Positions 39,785-47,911 of a stretch of 64,000 nt of DNA are shown here, piece by piece. The notes beneath the pieces are model-generated. The model worked only from the letters and a program-made list of their open reading frames with translations. It did not search any database and had not been told where the DNA came from. The translations under genes were made by a program, and so were the position numbers. How positions within the stretch are numbered: the first letter of the stretch is position 1; every line of letters begins with the position of its first letter. This stretch comes from Phenylobacterium sp. (GTDB lineage Bacteria; Pseudomonadota; Alphaproteobacteria; Caulobacterales; Caulobacteraceae). Where the stretch lies: NCBI RefSeq assembly GCF_020401865.1, contig NZ_JADCAS010000003.1. One strand, written 5' to 3'.

Positions 39785-40921
39785 ATGGCCGTTCTGAACG
39801 AAGAACAGAGCATGCTCCGCGACGCCGCGAAGAGCTGGACCCAGGAAAAGAGCCCGGTCACCGCCTTCCGCAAGATGCGCGATTCCGGCGTCGAGATCGG
39901 ATACGACGTCAACGCCTGGAACGAGATGGCAGAGATGGGCTGGGCCGGGGTGATCATCCCGGAAGAGTACGGCGGCTCGGCCTTCGGCTACCTGTCCATG
40001 GGCCTTATCCTCGAGGAACTGGGCCGGACCCTGACCGCCTCGCCGCTCATCGCCTCGGGCGTCGGCGCGGCCTCGGCTCTGGTGCTGGGCGGCTCCGACG
40101 CCCAGAAGTCCGAGTGGCTGCCGAAGATCGCCGACGGCTCCGTGGTCGGCGCCCTGGCGGTGGACGAGGGCCCGCACCACGCCCCCGAAAAGGTCGCCCT
40201 GGCCGCGACCAAGTCCGGCGCCGGCTACAGCCTGTCCGGGACCAAGACCTTCGTCATTGAGGGCCTGGCCGCCAACCTGCTGGTGGTCTCCGCCCGCACC
40301 TCTGGCAAGCCCGGCGACAAGGACGGGATCACCCTGTTCCTGGTGCCCGCCGACGCCAAGGGCGTGAGCCGCAAGCGCCTGGCCCTGGCCGACAGCCGCG
40401 GCGCGGCCAACATCACCTTCGACAAGGTCGAAGTGGGCGCCGACGCTATGCTGGGCGCCGCCGACAAGGGCTGGGACGTCCTGGAAAAGACCCTCGACCG
40501 GGTCCGCGCCGCCCTGGCGGCCGAGATGCTGGGCGCCGCCAACCAGGCCTTCGAGACCACCCTCGACTACCTCAAGGTGCGGGTCCAGTTCGGCCAGGTG
40601 ATCGGCTCCTTCCAGGCCCTGCAGCACCGCGCCGCCAAGATGTTCACCGACCTTGAACTGGCCCGCAGCGCCGTCGAGGCGGCCCTCCAGGCCATCGACG
40701 CGGACAGCCCGGACGTGCCCGAGCTGGTGTCCCTGTCCAAGGCCAAGATGGGCGACGTCTTCCACCTCGTCTCCAACGAGATGGTCCAGATGCACGGCGG
40801 CATCGGCATGACCGACGCCCATGACGCGGGCTTCTACCTGAAGCGCGCCCGGGCGGCCGAAGCGGCCTTCGGCAGCCAGAGCTACCACCGCGACCGCTAC
40901 GCCCGGATCAACGGCTACTGA
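39785..40921 (+). CDS. Acyl-CoA dehydrogenase, short non-catalytic partner (PimD/ChsE-beta-like)
   Basis: 378 aa. Degenerate FAD-binding segment (ALAVDEGP), RVQFGQVIGSFQALQHRAA and VQMHGGIGMT; lacks both the LxxER and the IYEG catalytic Glu. Confidence 0.88.
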   Translation: MAVLNEEQSMLRDAAKSWTQEKSPVTAFRKMRDSGVEIGYDVNAWNEMAEMGWAGVIIPEEYGGSAFGYLSMGLILEELGRTLTASPLIASGVGAASALVLGGSDAQKSEWLPKIADGSVVGALAVDEGPHHAPEKVALAATKSGAGYSLSGTKTFVIEGLAANLLVVSARTSGKPGDKDGITLFLVPADAKGVSRKRLALADSRGAANITFDKVEVGADAMLGAADKGWDVLEKTLDRVRAALAAEMLGAANQAFETTLDYLKVRVQFGQVIGSFQALQHRAAKMFTDLELARSAVEAALQAIDADSPDVPELVSLSKAKMGDVFHLVSNEMVQMHGGIGMTDAHDAGFYLKRARAAEAAFGSQSYHRDRYARINGY

Positions 40922-40949
40922 TAGACGGATAACTCCGGGCCTCTACAGC

Positions 40950-40981
40950 CCCCTCCGGCGGTGACGCCGGAGGGGTTTTTC
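40950..40981 (+). terminator. Rho-independent terminator of the ACAD cluster
   Basis: CCCCTCCGGCG-GTGA-CGCCGGAGGGG (11-bp stem) followed by a T-tract. Confidence 0.85.
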
Positions 40982-41050
40982 GATCCGCCTTCCGGTTTGC
41001 GGGCGGGCGGGGAGCGTGGTTGTCTTGTCACTGCCTGCAGGAGCGAGCCC

Positions 41051-41950
41051 ATGACCTTCCCCTCCCTGAAATCCCTCTTCTGGGCCGTCGTGCTGACCGC
41101 GTTCGCAGGCGCCGCCCGCGCGGAGACTATCCTCTTCGTGGGTAACAGCTTCACCTTCGGCGCCACCTCGCCCGTGCTGCGCTATCGCCCGGAGCAGGTG
41201 ACCGACCTCAACAAGGAAGGCATCGGCGGTGTGCCCGCCATCTTCAAGGTCCTCACCTTCCAGGCCGGTCTTGACTACCAGGTCAGCCTCGAGACTTCCC
41301 CGGGCAAGAACTTCGACTGGCACCTCGCCAACCGCCTGCCTCTGATTGATCGCCCCTGGGACGTGGTCATTCTGCAGGGACAGTCCACGCTGGACCTGGA
41401 GCGCCCCGGAGACCCGACCCGGATCATTGAGTACGGCCGTCAGCTCTCAGATGTCCTGGCCCGGAGAAATCCCTCGGCGCGCATCTATTTTCAGTCCACC
41501 TGGTCCCGGGCGGACCTCACCTACGCCAAACCCAGCCCCTGGAAGGGCAAGCCCATCGCCGCCATGGCCCGGGATGTACGCGCCGGCTACGACCGGGCCC
41601 GCGCCGTCTCCCCGGCAGTCCGGGGGGTGCTGCCTGTCGGCGAGGCCTGGACTCGCGCCATGGACGCCAGCGTCGCTGACCCCAACCCCTACGATGGAGT
41701 CACCTTCGGTCAGGTCGACCTCTGGGGATGGGACCAATACCACGCCAGCGCCGCCGGGTATTATCTGAGCGCCCTGGTCACCTTTGGGGCGGTCACCGGC
41801 AGGGATCCCCGGAGCTTCGGCGAGCGCGAGGTGGCCGCCTATGAGCTCGGCCTCTCACCCGCCCAGGCCACAGGCCTGCAGCAGGCCGCCTATGAGCAGC
41901 TGACGGCCGATGGACTGCTTCCAGAGCCTCTGGGGACGCAGGGAAGATGA
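41051..41950 (+). CDS. Secreted SGNH/GDSL-like hydrolase
   Basis: Signal peptide, ILFVGNSFT (block I Ser), VILQGQS, PVGEAW and DQYHAS (DxxH). Confidence 0.72.
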   Translation: MTFPSLKSLFWAVVLTAFAGAARAETILFVGNSFTFGATSPVLRYRPEQVTDLNKEGIGGVPAIFKVLTFQAGLDYQVSLETSPGKNFDWHLANRLPLIDRPWDVVILQGQSTLDLERPGDPTRIIEYGRQLSDVLARRNPSARIYFQSTWSRADLTYAKPSPWKGKPIAAMARDVRAGYDRARAVSPAVRGVLPVGEAWTRAMDASVADPNPYDGVTFGQVDLWGWDQYHASAAGYYLSALVTFGAVTGRDPRSFGEREVAAYELGLSPAQATGLQQAAYEQLTADGLLPEPLGTQGR

Positions 41951-42088
41951 GACCTTGAGCCTGCGGGTCGGCAGGAACTCCGGAACCTGCTCCGCTCGGA
42001 CCGCGGCGCTTGCGGGAGACTGTCTGGTCCCGCTTCAAGAGCGGCTTGCTTCAAACCCTCGCAGCGCTTCCAGTTTAGGTGAGCTGAT

Positions 42089-42562
42089 CTAGTCAGCGTC
42101 CATGCCGAGGGGGGATTGCCCCACCGGACGTAGCGGCCCGTTGTAGTCGCCAGTCCGAATGAACTGCCGCCTCGGGGAAAGGGCGCGGGTGATTCGGTCT
42201 GCAAGAGCCTTGCCCGTGATCGGCTTGGCCAGAAACTGGTCGACCCCCGCCTCCAGGCAGGCCTTGACGTGCCTTTCCTCGGTATGTCCCGTCGCTACGA
42301 TGATCGGCACCTCGCTGAAGGGATTGGATTCGTCCGCCCGGAGGTTGCGGACAAACGTCACCCCGTCAATCACGGGCATCTTGATGTCGGTGATGATCAG
42401 ATCCGGTTTGATATCGGGGATTATCTTCAACGCCTCCACGGCGTCATTGGCCTGCCGGATCACGAGGAATCCAAGCGCCCGCAGGACAGCCTTCATGATG
42501 CTTCGCATCCCGATATTGTCGTCGATGACAAGGACCACCAGATCCCGGCTCAGGGGAACCAT
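42089..42562 (-). CDS. Single-domain CheY-like response regulator, Cle-like
   Basis: VIDDN, IITDIKMP, ATGH and FLAKP; C-terminal extension FIRTGDYNGPLR resembles the Cle YxGPxRR region. Confidence 0.8.
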   Translation of the reverse strand: MVPLSRDLVVLVIDDNIGMRSIMKAVLRALGFLVIRQANDAVEALKIIPDIKPDLIITDIKMPVIDGVTFVRNLRADESNPFSEVPIIVATGHTEERHVKACLEAGVDQFLAKPITGKALADRITRALSPRRQFIRTGDYNGPLRPVGQSPLGMDAD

Positions 42563-42707
42563 GCGCCACCCAAGGTTTCTTTCGTCACTGACACTCTAAG
42601 CGCAGCAGGTTGCAAGAAGGTTACGCGCGCAGCGCATCGAACCTCGACGTCAGCGCGTTGTTAGTGCATGACCCTTCGCGCTTTGGTTGCCAGTTCGAGG
42701 ACCCGCC

Positions 42708-43130
42708 ATGACGGATTCGCCTCCCCTCCAGGACCTCCAGAAGACCCTCGGCCAACAGAGGCTGGTGACCTTCGAGCCGGGCCGGGCCGCCATCGAGTAT
42801 CTGGCGGGCGCGCATATGTGCCATTCCGGCGGGGTCGTGCAGGGCGGTTTCATCTGCGGCTGGATCGATGCGGCCATGGCCCACGCCGCCATGGCAGGCG
42901 GCGGCGACATGACGCCGATGTCTCTCGAACTCAAGGTCAGTTTCTTCGCCCCCGCCCGCCCGGGCCTGGTCCTCGCCGAAGCCTGGATCGAGCGCGCCGG
43001 CAAGTCCACATGCTTCGCCGAGGGCCGGCTCCTCAACTCTGCCGGCGAGGTCCTGGCCAAGGCCACCTCGACGATCCGACTGATCCCCCGCGCAAAGGTC
43101 GAGGCCGGTTCACGGGCGGCGGCGGGCTGA
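42708..43130 (+). CDS. PaaI family thioesterase (hotdog fold)
   Basis: CHSGGVVQGGFICGWIDAAMAHA, SLELKVSFFAPARPG and AKATST. Confidence 0.85.
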   Translation: MTDSPPLQDLQKTLGQQRLVTFEPGRAAIEYLAGAHMCHSGGVVQGGFICGWIDAAMAHAAMAGGGDMTPMSLELKVSFFAPARPGLVLAEAWIERAGKSTCFAEGRLLNSAGEVLAKATSTIRLIPRAKVEAGSRAAAG

Positions 43131-43159
43131 CACTCGGTCAGGGTGTGCTCCCGGCGCCA

Positions 43160-43188
43160 CTGAAACAGAACTGTCACCGGACTGTCGC
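43160..43188 (+). promoter_or_regulatory. Pho box (three 11-bp-spaced PhoB half-sites)
   Basis: CTGAAAC-AGAA-CTGTCAC-CGGA-CTGTCGC at 43160, 43171 and 43182; the consensus is CTGTCAT-N4-CTGTCA(T/C). Confidence 0.7.
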
Positions 43189-43267
43189 CCGACAGCCATG
43201 ACTCCTCGCCAATGGAAGAGTCCGACCGCTGTCACGCGGCCCGGATTCCCCCGGCAGGATGAATGGC

Positions 43268-43435
43268 ATGAAACTCCCGACCCCTTCGGCGGCGCTCCGC
43301 CTCGCCCTCCTTTGCAGCACCGCCCTGGCGGCGCCGTTGGCGGCCCAGGCCCAGGAGAGCCGATCTGGAACGGTCAGCGAGCTCGTGATCACCGCCTCGA
43401 GGCCGATCGCAGAGTCGGAAGCCGCCGCACCCTGA
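43268..43435 (+). pseudogene. 5' remnant of a TonB-dependent receptor (signal peptide + TonB box only, 55 codons)
   Basis: Not in the ORF track. MKLPTPSAALRLALLCSTALAAPLAAQAQESRSGTVSELVITASRPIAESEAAAP*: AQA cleavage site and a VSELVITAS TonB box, then an abrupt stop at the island edge. Confidence 0.75.
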
Positions 43436-43475
43436 CCCCTTGGGCGCGGGCGGCCCCCTCGAAGCGCGGGGCAGG

Positions 43476-45524
43476 TCAGAAGGATCGCTTCACGGTCAGA
43501 GACACGTCTGGTCCCTCCTCCCAGCGCCGGGCCTCGCGCCCCGTGAAGGCTAAGCCGCGGGTGGGCGAGAAAAAGGTTCTATCGGTCGTGAATCGGCGTC
43601 CAAGAGGGTTCAGAACGGTCAAACTCACCTTGAGGTCCTGCCAGTAGGTGCTTTCCACGGTAAGGCGCACCTCAGGACTCATGCCGAAGGCGCTGAACTC
43701 AGGGACGTAGTAGCTGACCCGCTTGTCTTCTCCGGACACCTTAGCACTCCAGGACAGCTTGCGTTCCGGCAGGTCCTGGCGGAGTTCGACGGAATAGGTC
43801 CACGGCGTAAAGTTCGTCAGCCTTCGTGAGCGACCTGTCAGCGGATCGTCGAAGACAGACTCCCGCCATTCGCCGTTTGCGTCCAGACGCATCCCCCGGG
43901 CGAGCCACGACAGGGAGGTGGAGGCTCCGATCCTGGCCCCCCAGACCCGGGCGCTCTTCGCATTCCCAACGCCAAAGTCGCCGCCGGGCAATATGATCGG
44001 CTCCAGAACATCTTCACGCCACTCGTGGAAAATGCCGGCGTTCAGCGCCAATCCCCCCTGTCCGCGCGCATCCAGGTCCAGGCTGGCGCGCGTCTCGGTC
44101 TGCGGCCGGAGTTGAGCGTTACCCCCCTGGGTGCGGTCGGCCCCGACCTCGGCGGAAGCCGCAAAGGAGTCGAAATCCAACTGACCGACACTCCGGCGAA
44201 CACCGGCGACGACGCTGAGATCGGGCGCCGGGCGCCAGGAGAGGGACACCTCAGGCTTCAGAAACTGAAGCCGCTGACGATTGCGGGCGTCGCCGCTCAC
44301 AGAGATTTCCGACCACTCCGAAGCCACCTTTGCATCCAGCGTCCAGCGTGGAGAGACATCGTAAGCAAGGTTAAGGAACGCCTCCGTACGGTATTCATCC
44401 ACGACAACATCGGCGGCCGGAAGGGATATCGGGATCAACGTCCCCGCAGAGTCACGGGTGGTTAAGGACAGCTTCGAGTCCAACCTGTTGAAGGCCGCCT
44501 CGCCCCCGAACTCTTGGCGCAGGCGACCTTCGCCCGCCGTTACCGTCGCGCGGCCGACCCACTCGATCATATTCCGCCGAGAGATTGAGAGGGTCTCGGA
44601 AGTTCGGGTTCCAAGTGGCCTCTCGATCCGACTTCCACTGTCGGAATCCTCCTGCCTCCAACTGACCAGACTGAGCACCTTGAAGGTCGCTGCGTCTGCA
44701 AGCCGCCTTGTCCACTCTGCGCCAAACTCGGCGTTCAAGCTCCGGTCGTCGAAAAAGACTCCCTGAAGCTGATCGACCGACCCCGCCGGCAGGCGTCCAA
44801 TGAAGCCGCTCCGAGCGAAACGCACGTCGACGTCATACCCGTCCAACCGACCATTCAACACGAATTCGCCGCCGAGCGCTTCGCGCCGCGCATCTCCCGA
44901 AAGCATTAGCTGCACGCCGTTCACGTCGCGAGTCATCTGTTCGAAGAGCTTCAATTCACCCGCCGGCCCGGTCCGCCGGCGCGTTCCATCCGCGGGATCG
45001 CTCCAGGGGCGAAACTGAATGCTCCCGGATGCGCGCCAGTCGGCGATCGGTCCGGAAAGGCTGGCGTTCACGGTCGGGCGCAGCGCCTCGTCCCGAGTGC
45101 GCGTGAGGGATGCACTCCAGGAGCCTGAGACGTCGGTTTCCCGCAGGATCAGGTCCACGATGACGCTCTGTCCGGACGCCTCGCTGGAGGTGGGGTTGGT
45201 GACGAGATCGATCCTCACGACGGCCGAGGCCGGGATCCGCGACAGCGCCTCGCGCGGCCCCCCCGCTTTTGAGCCCGGGCGCGCGCCGTTGATCAGGACG
45301 TTTCCGCCCGTATCGCCGAAACCGCGCCGGGTCTCTCCCTCATTGAGGGTGAAGCCCGGGACCCTTCCGACCATGTCGAGCGCCGTACTCGGGGCGAAGT
45401 CAGCAAAGAACTCCCGGGCGTAGCTCTTCACCTGCATCGGCTCGGATGCCAGAGCCAGAATGGGCGTCGCCGAGACAAGAGCCATCGCCGCGACAGCCAG
45501 GGGGATGCCCGCGCGCAACCTCAT
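43476..45524 (-). CDS. TonB-dependent receptor-like outer-membrane beta-barrel protein
   Basis: Signal peptide, plug-like FAPSTALDMVGRVPGF...GNVLINGARP...RIDL, alternating beta-strand pattern, C-terminal Phe (VKRSF). Confidence 0.8.
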   Translation of the reverse strand: MRLRAGIPLAVAAMALVSATPILALASEPMQVKSYAREFFADFAPSTALDMVGRVPGFTLNEGETRRGFGDTGGNVLINGARPGSKAGGPREALSRIPASAVVRIDLVTNPTSSEASGQSVIVDLILRETDVSGSWSASLTRTRDEALRPTVNASLSGPIADWRASGSIQFRPWSDPADGTRRRTGPAGELKLFEQMTRDVNGVQLMLSGDARREALGGEFVLNGRLDGYDVDVRFARSGFIGRLPAGSVDQLQGVFFDDRSLNAEFGAEWTRRLADAATFKVLSLVSWRQEDSDSGSRIERPLGTRTSETLSISRRNMIEWVGRATVTAGEGRLRQEFGGEAAFNRLDSKLSLTTRDSAGTLIPISLPAADVVVDEYRTEAFLNLAYDVSPRWTLDAKVASEWSEISVSGDARNRQRLQFLKPEVSLSWRPAPDLSVVAGVRRSVGQLDFDSFAASAEVGADRTQGGNAQLRPQTETRASLDLDARGQGGLALNAGIFHEWREDVLEPIILPGGDFGVGNAKSARVWGARIGASTSLSWLARGMRLDANGEWRESVFDDPLTGRSRRLTNFTPWTYSVELRQDLPERKLSWSAKVSGEDKRVSYYVPEFSAFGMSPEVRLTVESTYWQDLKVSLTVLNPLGRRFTTDRTFFSPTRGLAFTGREARRWEEGPDVSLTVKRSF

Positions 45525-45690
45525 GAGCGAGCGCCAGCAAACAGCTCGGCGAACGGAACTCGCCGTGCGAAACCGGAAACCGCTATTTTCATCATGACTT
45601 GTCCGAACCCTGTTCTGGAAACTCCCCCCGGCTCCGTCGCAGTTGACGGAAGGGATGAAGACCAGATGCGCGCGAACGGGTTCGAGCGGG

Positions 45691-45717
45691 TTGCGCGACG
45701 ATTGCGTAATGATTGCG
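45691..45717. promoter_or_regulatory. Triple 11-bp-periodic direct repeat (TTGCG), candidate OmpR-family operator
   Basis: TTGCG at 45691, 45702 and 45713 (GATTGCGT exact twice), about 170 bp upstream of the receptor ATG. Confidence 0.55.
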
Positions 45718-46857
45718 TCAGCGCAGGAGAGGCAACCGGATCTCGACGATGGCTCCGCCTTCGGCGCCTCGCCTGAGGTTCAAGACGCCGCCATACGCCG
45801 TAACCGTCGCCTGGACGATAGAGAGGCCCAGCCCCGAACCTCCCGTTTGCCTGGACCGGGACTCATCACCCCGGGCGAAGGGTTCAGCAAGGGCGCGGGG
45901 GTCGCCCGGCGGCCAGCCCGGGCCATGATCGGTGCACCTGAGAACCGCATCGGCTCCGTCTGCAAACACCTCGATGGTCGCCGGCGCCCCAGGCGCATAG
46001 CGGATCAGATTCCGGAGGATATTCAGCAGGGCGCGACGCAGGCGCCCTGGGTCGGCCTCGACAAAGACGCTCTCTCCTGAGTCCAGGGCCAACGAAACGC
46101 CGCTGGCCTCCAACTCCGGGCGCAGGGAGTCGACGCTGTCCTTCGCCAGCGCACAGAGGTCTACCCTTTCCCGCTTGCCTGCCCCGGCCTGACGCGCATC
46201 CGCCAAGGCGTTCACGTCCGCGACCAGAAGATCGATCCAGCCAATCTGTTCGACCAGTCCGTCGCAGAAGGCGTCATCCGCCGTAAAGAGGCCTTCCTTG
46301 AGGCCCGTCAGCCGGCCTCGGAGGATGGTGAGGGGCGTACGGATGTCGTGAGCGAGCGCCGCGCTTCGAAGTCGCAGGTCATCGTCCGCCGAGCGCAGGG
46401 CGGCGGTCATCGCCACAAAGTCCTCATTGAGGGCGGCGACCTCGGATGTTGCGGCCGATGAGAGCTGGGGCGGTCTGCGATCGCCATTCGCGACCCGGCG
46501 CACCGCCTCAGCCAGAATCTCGAGAGGGCGTGTGAGACGACCGGCGAGACCCCAGGCGACCAGTCCCATGACGATGGCGGCCCCGAGCACCACAAGCAGG
46601 ACCACAAGATCGTAGCTCAGTCGCCAAGTATGGAAGCCCAGAGAGTCTCGGAAGTCCATGAAGGCCGCGGAACACCGCCCTGCAATGTGCTCAAGTTGAT
46701 CCAGCGCCAGCCTGTCCCGCGGCGAAAGGCTCGCTTCGAACAGGAAGTCCCTCATGGAGAAGACCGCACCGGGAAGCACCTGGGCAGCAACCGCCCCGAC
46801 GATTGCGCTGAAGATGGTGACCGAGGCGATCTGGAACTTCAGCGACAAGGTCTTCAT
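45718..46857 (-). CDS. Sensor histidine kinase (HAMP-HisKA-HATPase; BaeS/AdeS-like)
   Basis: Two TM helices, H-box AHDIRTPL, NILRN, DHGPG and GGSGLGLSIV. Confidence 0.9.
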   Translation of the reverse strand: MKTLSLKFQIASVTIFSAIVGAVAAQVLPGAVFSMRDFLFEASLSPRDRLALDQLEHIAGRCSAAFMDFRDSLGFHTWRLSYDLVVLLVVLGAAIVMGLVAWGLAGRLTRPLEILAEAVRRVANGDRRPPQLSSAATSEVAALNEDFVAMTAALRSADDDLRLRSAALAHDIRTPLTILRGRLTGLKEGLFTADDAFCDGLVEQIGWIDLLVADVNALADARQAGAGKRERVDLCALAKDSVDSLRPELEASGVSLALDSGESVFVEADPGRLRRALLNILRNLIRYAPGAPATIEVFADGADAVLRCTDHGPGWPPGDPRALAEPFARGDESRSRQTGGSGLGLSIVQATVTAYGGVLNLRRGAEGGAIVEIRLPLLR

Positions 46858-47540
46858 TGAAACGCCTCGAGCCGGTAGCCCTCGCTGCGGACGCTGACCA
46901 GACGCAGGTTCCCCAGCGCCTCAAGCTTCTGGCGAAGCCGGCTGATGTGCGGATTCACGGACTTGTCGAAGGCTTCGCCATCCATAGCGGAATCCACCAG
47001 TTGTCCTCGCGACACCAGGCGACCTGCCCGCTCGGCCAGCACCCTCAGGATCCGAAACTCGGTGGGCGTCAGTTCCAGCAGGGTTTCGCCCACCGAGGCG
47101 ACATGGCGGTCAAGATCGACCTGCAGGTCGCCCAGGGTGACAATCCTTGACGGCTCCAGCAGGTTCTTGCGCCGTAGCACCGCCTTGGCGCGCGCGATCA
47201 GCTCCAGAGGGTTGAAGGGCTTGACCAGGTAGTCGTCACAACCCAGCCGGAAACCCGTGAGCTTATCGACATCCTCTCCCAGGGCGCTGAGAATGATCAC
47301 CGGCGGCCCTCCGCGCGCGCGCAGCTCCGCAAGAACCGCATAGCCATCGCGCTTTGGGAGCTTCAGGTCGAGCACGATCAGCTGGGGTCGCCAATAGGCC
47401 GCCGCCGAGAGCGCGTCATCGCCATCCCTTGCGATCAGCCGCAGGGCGTTCTCGCGCCCAAGAAAGACATCAACGATATCGGCGATGGCCGGTTCGTCCT
47501 CCACGATCAGGATCCGAACGCCATCCAGTTCACTTTCCAT
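46854..47540 (-). CDS. OmpR/PhoB family response regulator (BaeR/AdeR-like)
   Basis: IVEDE, VLDLKLP, DDYLVKPF, LTPTEFRIL and HISRLRQKL...VRSEGYRL; stop overlaps the kinase start. Confidence 0.92.
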   Translation of the reverse strand: MESELDGVRILIVEDEPAIADIVDVFLGRENALRLIARDGDDALSAAAYWRPQLIVLDLKLPKRDGYAVLAELRARGGPPVIILSALGEDVDKLTGFRLGCDDYLVKPFNPLELIARAKAVLRRKNLLEPSRIVTLGDLQVDLDRHVASVGETLLELTPTEFRILRVLAERAGRLVSRGQLVDSAMDGEAFDKSVNPHISRLRQKLEALGNLRLVSVRSEGYRLEAFQ

Positions 47541-47733
47541 CCTGGAGCAACCTTGTGCCTGATTGACCCGTTCTAAACAGCCACAATACCCCCTTAAGGT
47601 TGCCGTTCGATTGCGCCGCGCACAGAGTTGGTCCTTGCTCGTCCACCTTGAGACGTCACCCTTGGACCGGGGGCCGGACGGCGAGGAAGCTCGTCTGGGC
47701 TGCTGGTTTTGGCCGCACCGACTCGGGAAGGAC

Positions 47734-47808
47734 TGGAGCGGGCGAGGGGAATCGAACCCCTGACATCAAGCTTGGGAAGCTTGCGTTCTACCTCTGAACT
47801 ACGCCCGC
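47734..47808 (-). tRNA. tRNA-Gly (CCC)
   Basis: GCGGGCG acceptor stem, anticodon arm CAAGC-TTCCCAA-GCTTG, T-loop TTCGATT, U73 discriminator and encoded CCA. Confidence 0.97.
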
Positions 47809-47911
47809 GCGCCTTGTCTCCTTACAGCCCGGGAGGGCGGGGCTCAAGGCCGCGGCTTTCCCCAGGGCGCGTCGGCCTGTAGGAAGCAGGAGACATCTGA
47901 CGGCGGGTCCT

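Larger units (their letters stand above)
43436..47733. mobile_element. Putative genomic islet (receptor + two-component system) at the 3' side of tRNA-Gly
   Basis: Visibly lower GC and different codon choice than the flanks. Bounded by the tRNA 3' end and a truncated gene. No integrase or clear att repeat found. Confidence 0.45.

Noticed and set aside
42609-42624. TTGC-N7-TTAC as a CtrA site upstream of the Cle-like gene
   Set aside because: Three mismatches from TTAA-N7-TTAA; too weak to call.
43436-43460. Possible att duplicate of the tRNA-Gly 3' end (tgggcgcgggcg versus tggagcgggcg)
   Set aside because: Only a short GC-rich partial match, with no integrase in the window; not convincing as attL/attR.
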